NCBI GenBank assembly: GCA_047495785.1
Contig: JBLDXI010000074.1
Coordinates: forward strand, 62,001 to 126,000
Length of the DNA stretch: 64,000 nucleotides
Direction: 5' to 3'
Source of the DNA: Lepidodermella squamata
Lineage: Eukaryota; Animalia; Gastrotricha
A program made the translations under genes and the position numbers. The notes beneath the pieces are model-generated. The model saw only the letters and a program-made list of their open reading frames with translations. It was not told the origin of the DNA and made no database searches. Within the stretch, counting starts at the first letter, position 1. Each line of letters begins with the position of its first letter. Shown piece by piece: positions 36,904-49,300 of the stretch.

Positions 36904-39900
36904 CTGAAGTAGGGCTTGTCGTCGGAACGTAGAAAATGCGAGGCGGCGGCGTGCTGTGCAGCGCCTCGGCCGTCGTCATCTTCATCAGCGGCCGGGCTTG
37001 TTTGACAACGGGCGCTGGGCGCGTCGCGGACATAGATTCGCGCACGCGGAACAGCGGGAAGCCGGCGTTCGGTAGGACTTGCTCGAAATTCGTGTGGAAG
37101 TCGTCGTTGCGGATGGAACTGTCGCAGTAGCCGCAAGTCACGCGGCACTCGCGCTCCATGTGCCGCCACTCGGGCGCGTCCCATCGACATGCACCCTAAA
37201 ATTAATAAAATGAACAAAAATCAATCAAAATCAATCAAGGAAAAACAAAGTGGTAGGGCATTGCCACTCTATTCCATTTTTAATTACGCATAAACATTAT
37301 CGAAAATTGAGCTATATAAGGACCGATCAAAAGATTTAAGAAATAATGCTGTATTTACATTTTTTTATTAAAATTCGCTGAACATTAAACTGCGCGAATT
37401 TCAGCCAATTATTGGCAATTATTAGGTACGCTAAAAAAAGTCCTTGCAGAGTAACGACGCTGGAAAGCGGGAATAAGAACCAACCTGAACTACCAACCTG
37501 AACGAGAAAAGCCAGTTGGGCCACAGTGCTTTGGGTGTTTTGAATACGGACACATGCGATATCAATGACCAAACGGTTCTATAGATAGATCTCGCGGTTC
37601 TACGATATTTGCGCCAAACGACAACTGAACAAAATTTTATTTTAATAATAATCATTTATTATAGCTGCGTCTCCGCTAGATAATCGGCCAGAATCCCCTT
37701 CACGTTGGACCTTTCTCAACGGCCGCAAGAATTAGCGAATCCATGATCGGAGCCAAGGCTCTTCAACGCGGCCTCTTCAGCTGCCCGCCGGCTGTGATTT
37801 TTGAGGTGGTCTATTCGCAGCGAAACCACCCGCTGCGAGTTCACGAAGGCATGAGATTTCACCATGTTCGGCGGGCGTAGAATGGTTTGTAGGAATGGCG
37901 GGGCGTCGAAAAAAATAGCTGCAATTGCCGCATCCTGACTGAACCACGCGCGCCCTACCAACCGATGCCGGGTCAACAAGGCCAGACACATCAACATGCC
38001 CGATCCGATCCAAAGGGCTCAGGCAGTTAGGCATGGAATGCGTTAGCGAGCGAGGCGCTTAACTCTGGACCCAACTAATTTCATTATATCAGCGTCAACC
38101 GAAAACTCGCCGCTCGAAATTCAAGATTGCCGTCTGAGGCAACGCTCCAACGCTGTTTCCTTTGCGACTCAGCCATCACAGTCGACCTCGCCGGTTGCCT
38201 CTGACAACACCTTGTACGACTCGGGGCAAGAGACCCAAGCAGGTTTATGATCCAGGGCAGCCGCCGCTTCGTCAAACGACTACAACGCTATCGCCACTGG
38301 GGTGTAAACGGAACGTTCGCCAGCTCTCCTGTAGGTTTCCCCTAGCTAGTCACGATTCATGCGTACGTTGAATCTTACGTTGAATCTTCTAGAAAAGTGC
38401 TTGAAAACTTCAGTTCCAGATTCATATCCCCTCCTATGGCTCCTCTCAAATATAATCAGAGGCTGCTCAAGTTTGACCTGCTGTACTTTAATCAAATGTG
38501 GCTAACTCGTGATCTAGCGATGGCTTTTGAAATAATCAATAAATAGTCGCATTCGACAGTTTCTTTCTCAAACCCATAGAGAATAGGTCTGCAAAATGCG
38601 CTTTCAAGAGATGACGAAGAAACTTTGTTGCTAACCATTGCCACCTTTATGGATTGGCATCGGCTTATCAGCTGCCAAGAACTGCTGGCCATGGCAAGCC
38701 GAATGGCTGATCGAGAGTTGGGATTGGAGTGGTATCGGGGCCTGTTACACCGCTACCCTGAGGAGGGTCAACGAGTTCCGTCGAGTAAGAACTACCACCG
38801 AAAAAACTCCAACGACGAAGATCAAAAAGTTTTAGAGGTAACTCTATTCTCTATGATCAAACCTTATCTTCCTTCTACTCGGTAACAAACTGTTCCTCAA
38901 CATTCATCTTGTCCTGGATGCTTCAGCTTTGTTAGAACGGCCAAATTGTGGAACCTACTGCCCGCCTCTATCAATAGTCTTACATCGCTCAATCTACTTG
39001 CCAATTCGCGTAAACAATTGATATTGAAAAATGGCCAGCCATTGCAAAACTAAATGAAATTTATGCTAGCTGTATTTCAGCCTTGAGAGCCAATTTTCAA
39101 TCTTCGATCTAAAAGTCAGTGATTTTTCTGATATCAGAAGCCTGGCAAGCCGAAATCGTAAAGAATCGGTACAACTTAGAGCCGGGACGCTTTTATATTG
39201 ACTCTACTCGACATGAAACCTTGAAATTTCCAGTAAGTTAAGTTTTTCGCCTAAGGATGAGTATGGATCCTTCAACACGTTTATACTCACATTAAATGCC
39301 ACTTATCAATAAAAAAATGTTAACAAAAAATTACCTGTTCTTGAAAAGCGGCACAGTCAGGCCTGATGTCGGAACACGGCGCGCTACAACGAGCGCCGCT
39401 CCATCCGGTGTGACACGTGCAGGAGCATGTCTCCTGATCGAAATCGCCGTGAGCGCATGTACTCGCATCAAGCTCGCACGCTAGCGTTAGAAAAAATAAT
39501 AAAAAATAAAAAAAGTTGGTAACGATGAGGACATTCTTTTTATCCTGGGCCTACATCATGGATTTTGGAATTCGAAACTTCGCGAGGTTTTCATCTCCTC
39601 TTCCTAATTGCTCGCAATTTTAAGCTGGAAAATGTTATATTAGTGGAAACTCTGAAATAAGCCCCTCCGAGATGTAACGCAATCAAAATTTTCCGATTGC
39701 TTGTAAAAAATTGTTCTCTTAGTTTCCCGAACATATTTGTCTCATTTTTCTGCTACATCCTATAATTTTCAAAAATAAAACATGCAGTCGCTTTTTGATG
39801 AGCAAATTTTAATAAAGGCTCAATCTCATATTTAATATTTAATATTTATGACAGAATTGCTTTGAAAAGCTAATTTTGATAACTTACCACACTGAGACTG

Positions 39901-40590
39901 TGTTTGCTCACAAGCTCGTTGACTCGCGCAGAGGCTTTTCGCCATACAAAAGCCCAGACCGGCTGAACACCTCGAACAAGGCGTGCCATCGATATACGGC
40001 AACGCGGCAATTCGCCGCGGCGCACCGTCAGCGAAATAACAAACCAGCCGGCCGTCATCGCAAACATCGCTATGCGAACAGCCGACAAACGCCGATTCAG
40101 CCCAAACCAGCTGAAGAAAGTTTTTACACGACAAGTCAACACAGTCCCAAGTTATGTTGAAGTGATACTGCTTCCTCTCGATCAGCCATTTATTGAGCAG
40201 GGTCGACATATTCACGACCTGGCCTACGCCCAGAGCGACTACATAGCCGATTAACGGGTAGGGCTTGAAAGGTATCGTTTTGCTGAGGGCTAACATTTGC
40301 TCAGAACCACAGCGGGTTATGCTATTTTGCAACCGAGATTGCGCTTCTAATCGATCGTCCCATTCCTATAGCGAAAAATCGGGCTGAAATAAAATGAAAA
40401 TTGTCCGCGCAGTTCGACAAACCAAAACCCGCATATTCGCACTGGGCGGGAATTCTGAGAAATCACCGATCGCAACTCTGCGGCGCAGGTTGTTGATAAC
40501 ATTGAGAATAGTTTGTTTTTGCGGTTTCGATAAAACAGCCTCGGTAACAGGTAATAAAATCAGCAACAAAATAAACCGCCAACGAGTCAT
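36904..40590 (-). CDS. Secreted CAP/SCP (CRISP-like) protein with EGF-like and ShKT domains; last exon unresolved
   Basis: Signal MTRWRFILLLILLPVTEA; ILNVINNLRRRVA..PPSANMRVL|EWDDRLE..; FLQLVWAESAFVGC; LVCYF; PYIDGTPCSRC. Exon ~39480-39335 has CSCTCHTGWSGARC and CSDIRPDC; exon ~37196-36904 has MERECRVTCGYC. A donor follows at 36903 but the downstream exon is not firmly identified. Confidence 0.82.
37510..37575 (+). mobile_element. Dead gag-type CCHC zinc knuckle (retroelement relic)
   Basis: Translates PQCFGCFEYGHMRYQ*P, i.e. C-x2-C-x4-H-x4-(C mutated to TGA). Confidence 0.55.
38437..39000 (+). mobile_element. CR1/Jockey-type LINE ORF2 3' end relic, interrupted
   Basis: LKYNQRLLKFDLL..RDLAMAFEII and FVRTAKLWNLLPASI resemble the YEERL..DL..YKI and WNxLP motifs of the CR1-group C-terminus. 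Confidence 0.6.
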
Positions 40591-40772
40591 TCTTTTTGTA
40601 ACAACAACAACATGACCTTGAAAATTTAAGAAAAATTTCAAAAAAGAGACAAGAATTTTAATTAGGCTTTTATTGCTTTCGTATATCCGATAATGAGCGG
40701 CTATAAGGCGTGCATAATAACACATCCGCGTTAATAAAAACACGTGTAGAAACAATTAGGGCTACATAGGTA

Positions 40773-41156
40773 TTACAGGCGAATGCTGTCGAGATACTTA
40801 CGCATACGCGCGACAGCCTGTTCGTATAGCGAAATATCAAGATCGGGTACGCTGCGCATAATTGTCGCGCTAATAGTATACGCGGCTAACGAAGTCGGCG
40901 ATGCACCGGAAGTCGACGCCACGTTTAATGCGCCTACTATTTGAACAAGTTCACCTGGCTGGGCGCGTTGATGGCCGACGACGCCGGACAAATCGACTCC
41001 AATCGTATGGCCACGATCCGACAAAGACGACATGCCGCGTTGCAGGACACCCGTCGTGCGTATTGTTTGCCCGAGTATCAGCTTTCCCGACTTAACAAAA
41101 TCGACGACTTCTGGTAGAAAGACTATAGTTGCGTAATTAGGCAGAGGTGCGTCCAT
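40773..41156 (-). CDS. TEN1: CST complex subunit TEN1 (OB fold), intronless
   Basis: 127 aa; LP...EV...GQTIRTTGVL...GELVQIVGAL...ATIMRSVPDLDISLYEQAVARMRKY matches the recalled TEN1 pattern (GSTLRTFGRL...ARVLTCVEGMNLPLLEQAIREQRLY). Confidence 0.85.
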   Translation of the reverse strand: MDAPLPNYATIVFLPEVVDFVKSGKLILGQTIRTTGVLQRGMSSLSDRGHTIGVDLSGVVGHQRAQPGELVQIVGALNVASTSGASPTSLAAYTISATIMRSVPDLDISLYEQAVARMRKYLDSIRL

Positions 41157-41183
41157 ATTTGCGAAAATCTGTTCGGTAAATAA

Positions 41184-41483
41184 TTACGACGCTGGGGCGA
41201 AGCGGCGAGCAGCTGATCGAGAATTAGCCGGGCCGTTGCTTGAAAGGTCTCGAATAATCTCGGCAAGAGCTTCTGGGTCGACGCCGCGTTCGATCAACTG
41301 AACGCAAATGCTCAGAGTTTCGCGATCGAGCCCTGTTTGAAGAATCGATGATAATTCGAACAGCAGATCTAGCGCTTGGCGCCCAGCTAGACTGGCTGAT
41401 TGGCTGGACTGAGAAGGCGGGTTTGTTCCGAATGAACGAGGAGCACCGGTAGCTTGGTTTTCTTGGTCCAGCTCAGCAGGCAT
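41184..41483 (-). CDS. MZT1: Mitotic-spindle organizing protein 1 (MOZART1/GIP), intronless
   Basis: [43 protein letters not shown] is the MOZART1 signature. Confidence 0.95.
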   Translation of the reverse strand: MPAELDQENQATGAPRSFGTNPPSQSSQSASLAGRQALDLLFELSSILQTGLDRETLSICVQLIERGVDPEALAEIIRDLSSNGPANSRSAARRFAPAS

Positions 41484-42868
41484 ACGAGAAAATAACGTTT
41501 AAAATGGATCTAAGAAAAGAACAAATGGGGAAGATGATCGACATAAAGTAATATAGAGCGACAGTTAAAAATAATATGCTTGATAGCACGTTAAAGCGCT
41601 ATCAATTTTCTTGTCAATTTTAAACTTTCAGTCATAGAGAACAAATGGTATTTTCTCTATGCTTTCAGCATACGTTTGGTGTAAAATAAGTTTAAACCAA
41701 CCCATATATCAGCAAACAAGCTTCACTGCAATGAATAATAATTTAATTGCTTTAATACCATAGATTAGCTTTACTTTATAAATCCCCAAGATCAGTTCGT
41801 TTCTTGTAATGAAGAGAAAATTTACTCCAGTGTCGGCATCAGATATAATTCATACTTTCATGGATGTATCTGCTTGCTGACTGTGTGTGCTGCTTCCGGA
41901 CGCGAGATCATAGAGTGCACTCGATTTACCATGTAGCATGCATAAGATTAATCGCCATTGATGAGTAATATCGTTGCTGCTAGTAATATCGCATGCTAGT
42001 AATATCGACGAATTCACGTGAAAATTAATCAAGGTTATCCAACTATCGACGGTTTTATTCTAATTAGGCTATTCTACTTAATCGAATTGATGAGTTGTGG
42101 ATCAACAAAACCATCAACCAAGCCGATTGGAGAGAGAATCTATCCAACATAATTATCACAAATTGAATGCTGAATGTGCTGAAGATTACAGAATTAGTTT
42201 TATTTCTAAAGAATCTGGAGACTGTTTCCAATAGGCCTCTAATGAATGAAACAACTACTAGCTGGCCCTACCTTCACAACATCTACACAGGTAAAATGTT
42301 GGAAGCTAGAAGTGAGACGGTTGGTAGAGTTACGTGATAAGAGGTAAGAGTAATTCACTCCGGAGAGATTAGCAGCCGCGCTCCGAACTCAGTGGCGGGA
42401 AAGTTAAATGATATTGACGACCGTCCAACAGCCACCGACCCTAGAGGAGGCGGGACATGTCTGTATTCAGTATTTAGTTCAGTAAATAGTTTGTATTCAC
42501 TATTCAGTGCCCGCGACGGATAAATTATTGTCGATGGCTTCGATCATCCTCGATCATCGTCTTTTAAACCCACCTCGTTTGACGTTATAAAGGCTTGAGA
42601 GAATGGATTGTTCAACGATAAGAAGTTTGACTTTACAGTTAGTAAGCATTCTCCAAGCAAACCGCTAGCATCGCATAAATATCACCTGTCAATCACCCAA
42701 TAAAACTTATAGTTCGAATGCCTGATTGTAATCATTATCAGACCATTAAGCCTAATGACGGCCTAACTATCAGTCAACTAACTGTCAAATTTAGTAAGCG
42801 AGATGCATTATCGGTTGTTAACTCGCAAGTCAAAGTCCCGAATTGCCCACCCTTTAGCGCCCTACCCT

Positions 42869-43064
42869 TATGCCTAGGGAACCCGGGACCCTTTTGCGAG
42901 AAAAACTTTCGTCACGGAAGCTTCAGCTAATGTTTCGCGCCATGATTTAAAAAAGGACTTTCAACAACAATTACTATTAATCATTACACTTAAATAACAT
43001 AAGTATTTTAATTCAAAAATTGAATATAAAATTTTAAGTAGCAACGTTTTCCCTCGTTGCTATG
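42869..43064 (+). promoter_or_regulatory. Candidate RFX X-box motifs upstream of HYDIN
   Basis: TATGCCTAGGGAAC (42869-42882) and half-sites GTAGCAAC (43038-43045) and GTTGCTATG (43056-43064), 300-500 nt before the ATG. RFX regulates ciliary genes in animals. Confidence 0.35.
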
Positions 43065-43362
43065 CCCTGTCCTCACGCAAATCTCGCCGGCGTCATACAG
43101 GCCAACCAAGCATCGGCAAGCGGACCCAGGCCACTTACTGCTGAAGTATGAAATCGTCAATATAAAACTCCGAAGATTGGATGGAAAGCTTATGTGTGTT
43201 AGATTTTACTTACAATGTGAGAGAAAGACACTCCACATTTTGTTTTGACCAGCATTTCTTCTCGTGTTTCTTATCCGACTCACCGAATCTTTTCCAAATG
43301 CATTCAAATTTCACCTTATTGTTTAACAATTTGAATTTTACAACGGCTAGGTATATTATTAA

Positions 43363-46300
43363 ATGGCTTCGGCTATATCGAAGCCTCCCGATTTGGCAGC
43401 AGAGCCTAGCTCTCTGCAGAAAACTTGGCTGTTGGATCCCAATATTGGATTCAAAAGCAAAGTAGCTGTTCCTAAAAATCCCAAACTTCTGAAAGGCGAA
43501 GCTGCTAAAGTTCAGCCCAAAACCTCTCCTTCAGCTTTCATGTACAAGATGTCGTTAGATACAAGGCAAATTCTTGACGAAACTCACGAGATGCGAGTTC
43601 CTAAGAAAACGAAACTCCTTGATATGGGCGATACCAGCTATCAGCGCTTTTCGATCGTTAACGTTGACGAGTGCATGTTTCAGCCCTTTCCTTCCGAAAT
43701 CTACTTTCAGAAATACAAACCTTTTGAGACTTACGAGATCCCTCTCCTATTTCGCAACAACGATTCTGTTCCTCGTCTGATCAAAGTTACACAGAAAGAT
43801 TCGCCTTATTTCAAGATCATCAGTCCTCACGATGTTGGTCATAAAGTAGGCGCAGGTTTGGCCACTATCTTCCGTGTTCAGTTCATTCCAGAAGATACCA
43901 AAGACTACGTCCACGAAGTGCAGTGCATAACCGAGCGCGAAGAGTTTGTCATACCGATAAAGTGCATCGGAGCAAGGGCGATTCTTGACTTCCCGGATGA
44001 AGTTAACTTTGGTTCGGTGCCTGTGAAGCATATTACCAGTAAGACGCTCTATGTTCGTAATATTGGAACTTGCGATGGCAAATTTCAACTGACGTGCGAT
44101 GGCCCGTTCAAAATTGACCCATGGGAGGGCGTTGTTTGCGTGAACGAGGCTATCCAAATCACCGTTTATTTCCGCCCTCAGACTTCGGGTTTTCACGGTG
44201 CAGACATGAAGCTTCATTTAGACACAGGCGATGACATATACATCAAGATGTCTGGAACTGCAAATGATGCAAATGTTCGTCTTGACAAGAATCAAGTCAA
44301 AATCGACAAGACTTACATCTCGCTCGCCAATCAGCGAACTGTCACAATTTGCAATAGCAGTGATTTCGTCGCCAAGTTTAAATGGACAAATTTATCTACT
44401 GAAATGGAGGAGGAGCTAGAGCGCCAAAAGCGGCGATTGGCTCTTGCTGTTGAAGAACAGCGCGACTCTGAGCGTGCCATTCAACAAGCTGATATAACTG
44501 CTAGGGACGAGTTATCTATTGTCAAGCAGCTATACAAGAATAAGCAGCGACAGTTGAATGATGACCGCTTCCTTTTCTCAGACGACGTGATTCAGATCTC
44601 GCCGCTTGAAGGCGAAGTTTGGCCGAATAGTACATGCGATGTCGCTGTGTTATTCAAGCCTTTCTCAGCTCAAAATTACTCTCGAACTGCTTATCTCGAC
44701 ATAACAGGTCGCGAAAGTAGGATTCCTCTTAAAATTCAAGGCGAAGGCATTGGGCCCAAAGTTCAGTACAGCTTTGATGTATTAGACCTCGGTCACGTTT
44801 TCGTTGCCTCAACGCATACTTATGAGGTAATTCTAACAAACCGAGGTGACATTGATGCGATGTATTCGATAAAACAATCAAACACGGCATTTGGTCGATG
44901 TTTCTCATTCAATCCTACCGAGGGAATAATCACGGCCAATAATGACTCATCATATCAGGCCATCGAAATAACTTTCGCTCCACCTCTCGGTCTACTCGGA
45001 AGTTTCGAGGAGGAATTTGAAACTGTGATAGATGGCCTACCGCAAACTATGAAATTGCGATTCCGAGGTTCAGTTATCGGCCCAACTTGTGGCTTCAATG
45101 TGAATGAGCTGGCTTTCGGACGCATTCCTTACGGTTTCGTGCAAACTCGAAACTGTGTCTTGCAGAATACCTCTCTTGTACCAATGACGTTTCACCTGAG
45201 AATGCTAGCTGATGGCAATGTCGACGTTTTCAGCACAGCTACTGAAATCATGAGCGCTGAGATTACTAATCCGAAAGAATTCAGGATCACTCCAGAAAGC
45301 GGGGTTCTAGAGCCTGAATCCTCTGTCGAAATCAAAGTTGAAGTGCTTTCGCTTTCAAAGCACGACCGTCGCTATACAACTGCGCTAGTCGTTGACGTTG
45401 ATGGCGTTGGAAGTGAAGTTCTGAACCTGCCAGTTTCTGGAGTTTGCATTGTCCCGCAGTTGACAGTTCGCAACGCAGTTATCCACGCGGGTCGATGCTT
45501 TTTGGAACACCCTTACTCCGTCAATCTTATGCTGTACAACGAGTCCGATTTGCCATGCAGATTTCAGCTGCTTCAACAGCCTATGAATTCGAATTCACCG
45601 ATTTCCTTCCAAACTCCGACCCCGAACGGCTTGGTCGATGGGTTAACCGACGTTCAAGTTCCTGTTGTGATGAGGGCGAGACAGTTGGGTGATGTCTCCT
45701 CGGTTTTGTACGTGATGGTCGTCGGAAATCGCGACCCGCCCTCAGCTGTTCACATCGAATGCTGCGGCCAGGGCCCGGTGGTTAACATCCATCTGCCTAA
45801 TCCTGAGCTGAACTACGGCAAACTTCCAGTTTTGAAAGATTGCCCGAAAATTATTCAATTATCGAACGAATCGCCGATTCCCGCGAAATTTCGGGCTTAT
45901 CTTCAAAAGGCTGACACATCACAATGGCGAGTTGATACGGGCGAATCGGGAGAAATTCCGCCTGAATCGTTTTACAATCTAAACTTGGTCGCGAATTTGA
46001 ACGATACTGTCAAATTTCAAGACCGGCTTGTCGTTGAAGTTACCCATAGCCAAACTCACACGGTTAATCTAGCCGCGACCGGGGTTGGTACCACAATTGT
46101 TTTCGAGCCGAAAATCGCGCCAACTTTCCACGCTGGTTCAGTTTTCTGTAAACGAATGATTGAATGGCAATTTACGGCAACGAATCGCGGTCGTAGAATT
46201 CACGATTTGAGGCTGAAAAATATCTCCCACGCCCCGAGTCAATACTCAAAAACGCAGTCGAAAGACAGCGAAATTCTCGAGCAAAACGCGATTTTCCGCA

Positions 46301-49300
46301 TAAATCCTCGCCATATGGAGGTTCAGCCAAACGAAAGCCGGCCGATAACGATTTCAGCGTATTGCGACGACGCTCGTCCAGTGACTGAATCGTTCACTGT
46401 CGAGGCAATTGTTGGTAAACACGGCGCGAAAATTTTGCTCTTCAAATTTGACTTTAGCGCCGATTTCGTCAATCCAATTCTCAATATTCTGCCTAAACAG
46501 CTGTATTTCCGAATTGATCGATACCCTGGGTCGACTTTGACCGAACAACTGGCTAAATTAGCCCTGCAAAACATGACGCCGTTGCCCTTGACCCTAACAA
46601 TGACCCTACCTAACCCTTTCCACATTCTACCAGCGATTGAAGGTGGCTTGGATCAAAGTTTGACTCAGGTTGAAAATGGCGAAAAATTCGTTCGGCATTT
46701 GAAGCCTGACGAGGGCGTTGAACTCGATGTTCAGTTTAACATCGCCGATAAGGCCGATCAATACTCGGCGATTTTCGACGAAACCGTGACGGTAACGTTT
46801 GAAGAACATCCAACTGAAGAAAATTTCCGAGTTCGCGGCGAAGTTTTCTTCCCGAATTTATCCTTCGATCGAACTGTTGTCGATTTCGGTTGTATTGTTA
46901 ACGACACTGAGGTGACGCAAATCGTCAGTATGACGAATACAAGTCCGATGGATGTTAAATATCGGTGGTATTTCTTGATTGATGGCCAGCCGATAAGTTT
47001 TAACCCTGATATTGAGAAATTGATGGAGGGATTCACGACAGTCCCGGCGGTTCCTCTTAAGCCAGTTGCGTCTTCTCATAAGGAATTATCAGGGCTAACA
47101 ACCGCGTTTGGCGAAGTCCAGGATCAGGAAAACGGGGACGGATTTTCGCCGATTAAATTCACCCAGGGTGATGCGGAGGGTACCGTTGAGGGTGAGCCGG
47201 AAGCTGAATCCGAGCATCACGTTAGCCAGGAGAATCAAGAAGGCCAGGAACAGGGTTTCCTTCAGATGTTGAACCAAAACGGGGAGAAGGAGGAAAAGTA
47301 CCAGAATGAAGCTATGGAGAAAGACCTAACCCCTCCAACCGACCAAAACACTGACCAAAACCTCGGACCTAGGGCTCATACTATGATGGAGGGGGCAAGT
47401 CCTGATGTTATGGATGATTCAGCTCGGATTCCACCTTTAGCCCTCCACCGAGCTAGAACTACCCTTCAACTCCATTCCAGGACATCAATGGCCCCTCATG
47501 GCTTCAAATCAACCTATAGAAAGCGGATTATCAACGAAAATCTCGCTTCACTGATGCAGAACCCATTCGGCCCGAAAGAGCCTAACGTAGCTATTGAAGA
47601 AGTTTTCGACATTCGCCCGTTATTTGGGACATTGAAGCCAGGCGAAACTGAACGCGTTACCTTCGCATTTTTCGGCCACGCTTTCGTTAACGGTCGCGTT
47701 AAGGCGATTTGCGAGGTAGTTGGCGGTCCTAAGTACGAGATGCAGCTATGCGGCCAGGCTTCATTGATGAAGTACGAACTCGACCAGTTTGAAATCGATT
47801 TCGGATCGTTCAATTTCGATACAGTCGGCGAGAGGACGTTTCACATTATCAACAGCGGTGATGTTGGGTTTAATTTCACGATTTCGCCTAATAATTGCCC
47901 GTTAATTGACGAGGGATTCATTCAAGTCCAGCCTGGTTGCATCAAAGTTAGCCCTGTTAGCGGGTATCTAGCCGGGAATAGTAAACAAGCCGTTAAGGTT
48001 CAATATCTCCATGGAATGCCAGATTTTTTCGTCAAGTCGTTCAAGCTTCAAGTCGCTCATTTCCCGCCTGAAATCGTGCAAATTTTCGGCGAAGCGTCCT
48101 ACCCTAGAGTCGCGTTGAATTTGCCGTTTTTCGACGAGGAAAGCGTCTACCGGCCACTGGCGAAGAAAGTTCGCGATTTGGTCGAAAGCGAACGCCCGAA
48201 AACGTTTTACCCCAGCGGAAATTTCGCCCCAAGTGAAGATGAAGTTCAGGCTGAAGTCGAGAAAATGTTGATCAAAGACTTGCTAGCTCTGAATGGGTCC
48301 TTTGTCCTAAAAACTGGCACTGGCATTCGAAGGCCGCGAATTCTGGACTATTTGCTCGATTTTGGTCACGTTATTATGGGTGCGATTCGGACGAAGTACA
48401 TCAAGATTACTAACGCTGGGCAAGCTCCGGTTTCGATCAACTTTGACTGCAAAGCTCTGTCGAAGAAAGGATTTCAGGTAGGACCCTCAAAATTAAATAA
48501 ATTCCTTACAAATCTCGATAAATTGAAGCAAAATTACTCTTTTTGCAAGATTGGCATGATTTGCAAATTCCAAAATAAATTTAATTTAATTTAATTTTCG
48601 GTGAAATGAACTTTGAAAAATTAATTAATTAATATGAATTTAAATTTAGTGAAATTGAAATTTTCTAATTGAATTCCTTGAATGTCAAATTATGTGGGAA
48701 ATCGATTTTTATGGATAATACGATGATTAACCCTTGAAATTATTTTTCTCTTCTCCAGATTGAGGTGGATCGGATTCGAAATTTGCCTCCTGGCGAAACT
48801 CTGGACGTAATGGTCGGTTTCGACCCACGTTGGGCTAACCTTGAATTCGGCCCAGTCGAGGCCCACCTACCCCTCGAAGTCAGCGATGGCCTTGAATACT
48901 ACATCCACTGCCGGGCTAACGTCACCATGCCAGAGTTCATTTTCAACCAAACCGTCGTCAGTTTTGAAGAGGTCCGAGTCGGCGAGGTGAAACTCATCAC
49001 CATTCAAATGATCAATTCAAAAGAAATCCCGTGCGAATGGAGCGTTGTTAGCCGATCGGCGCTAGACGCGGTTAAAATTGATAAACACGTCCCGCTTCAC
49101 CTGCGCAAAAAAGCGATCAAAGCCGCGTTGCAATCGAAACCGCCTAATGTTTTCGAAATTTTACCATCAAGCGGAATTTTACTACCCGGCCAGCGGTTTA
49201 ACGTCCAGGTGAAATTCATGCCCTTGGAAGAGCGGGCTTATGACGACAAAATCACGGTTAAAGTCAATCAAAGCAGTACTAGGGTGACTCTGCAATGCCG

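Noticed and set aside
42430-42520. Purine tract followed by TG (AGAGGAGGCGGGACA-TGT), like a PPT/LTR junction
   Set aside because: No second LTR, target-site duplication or recognisable pol sequence was found in the window.
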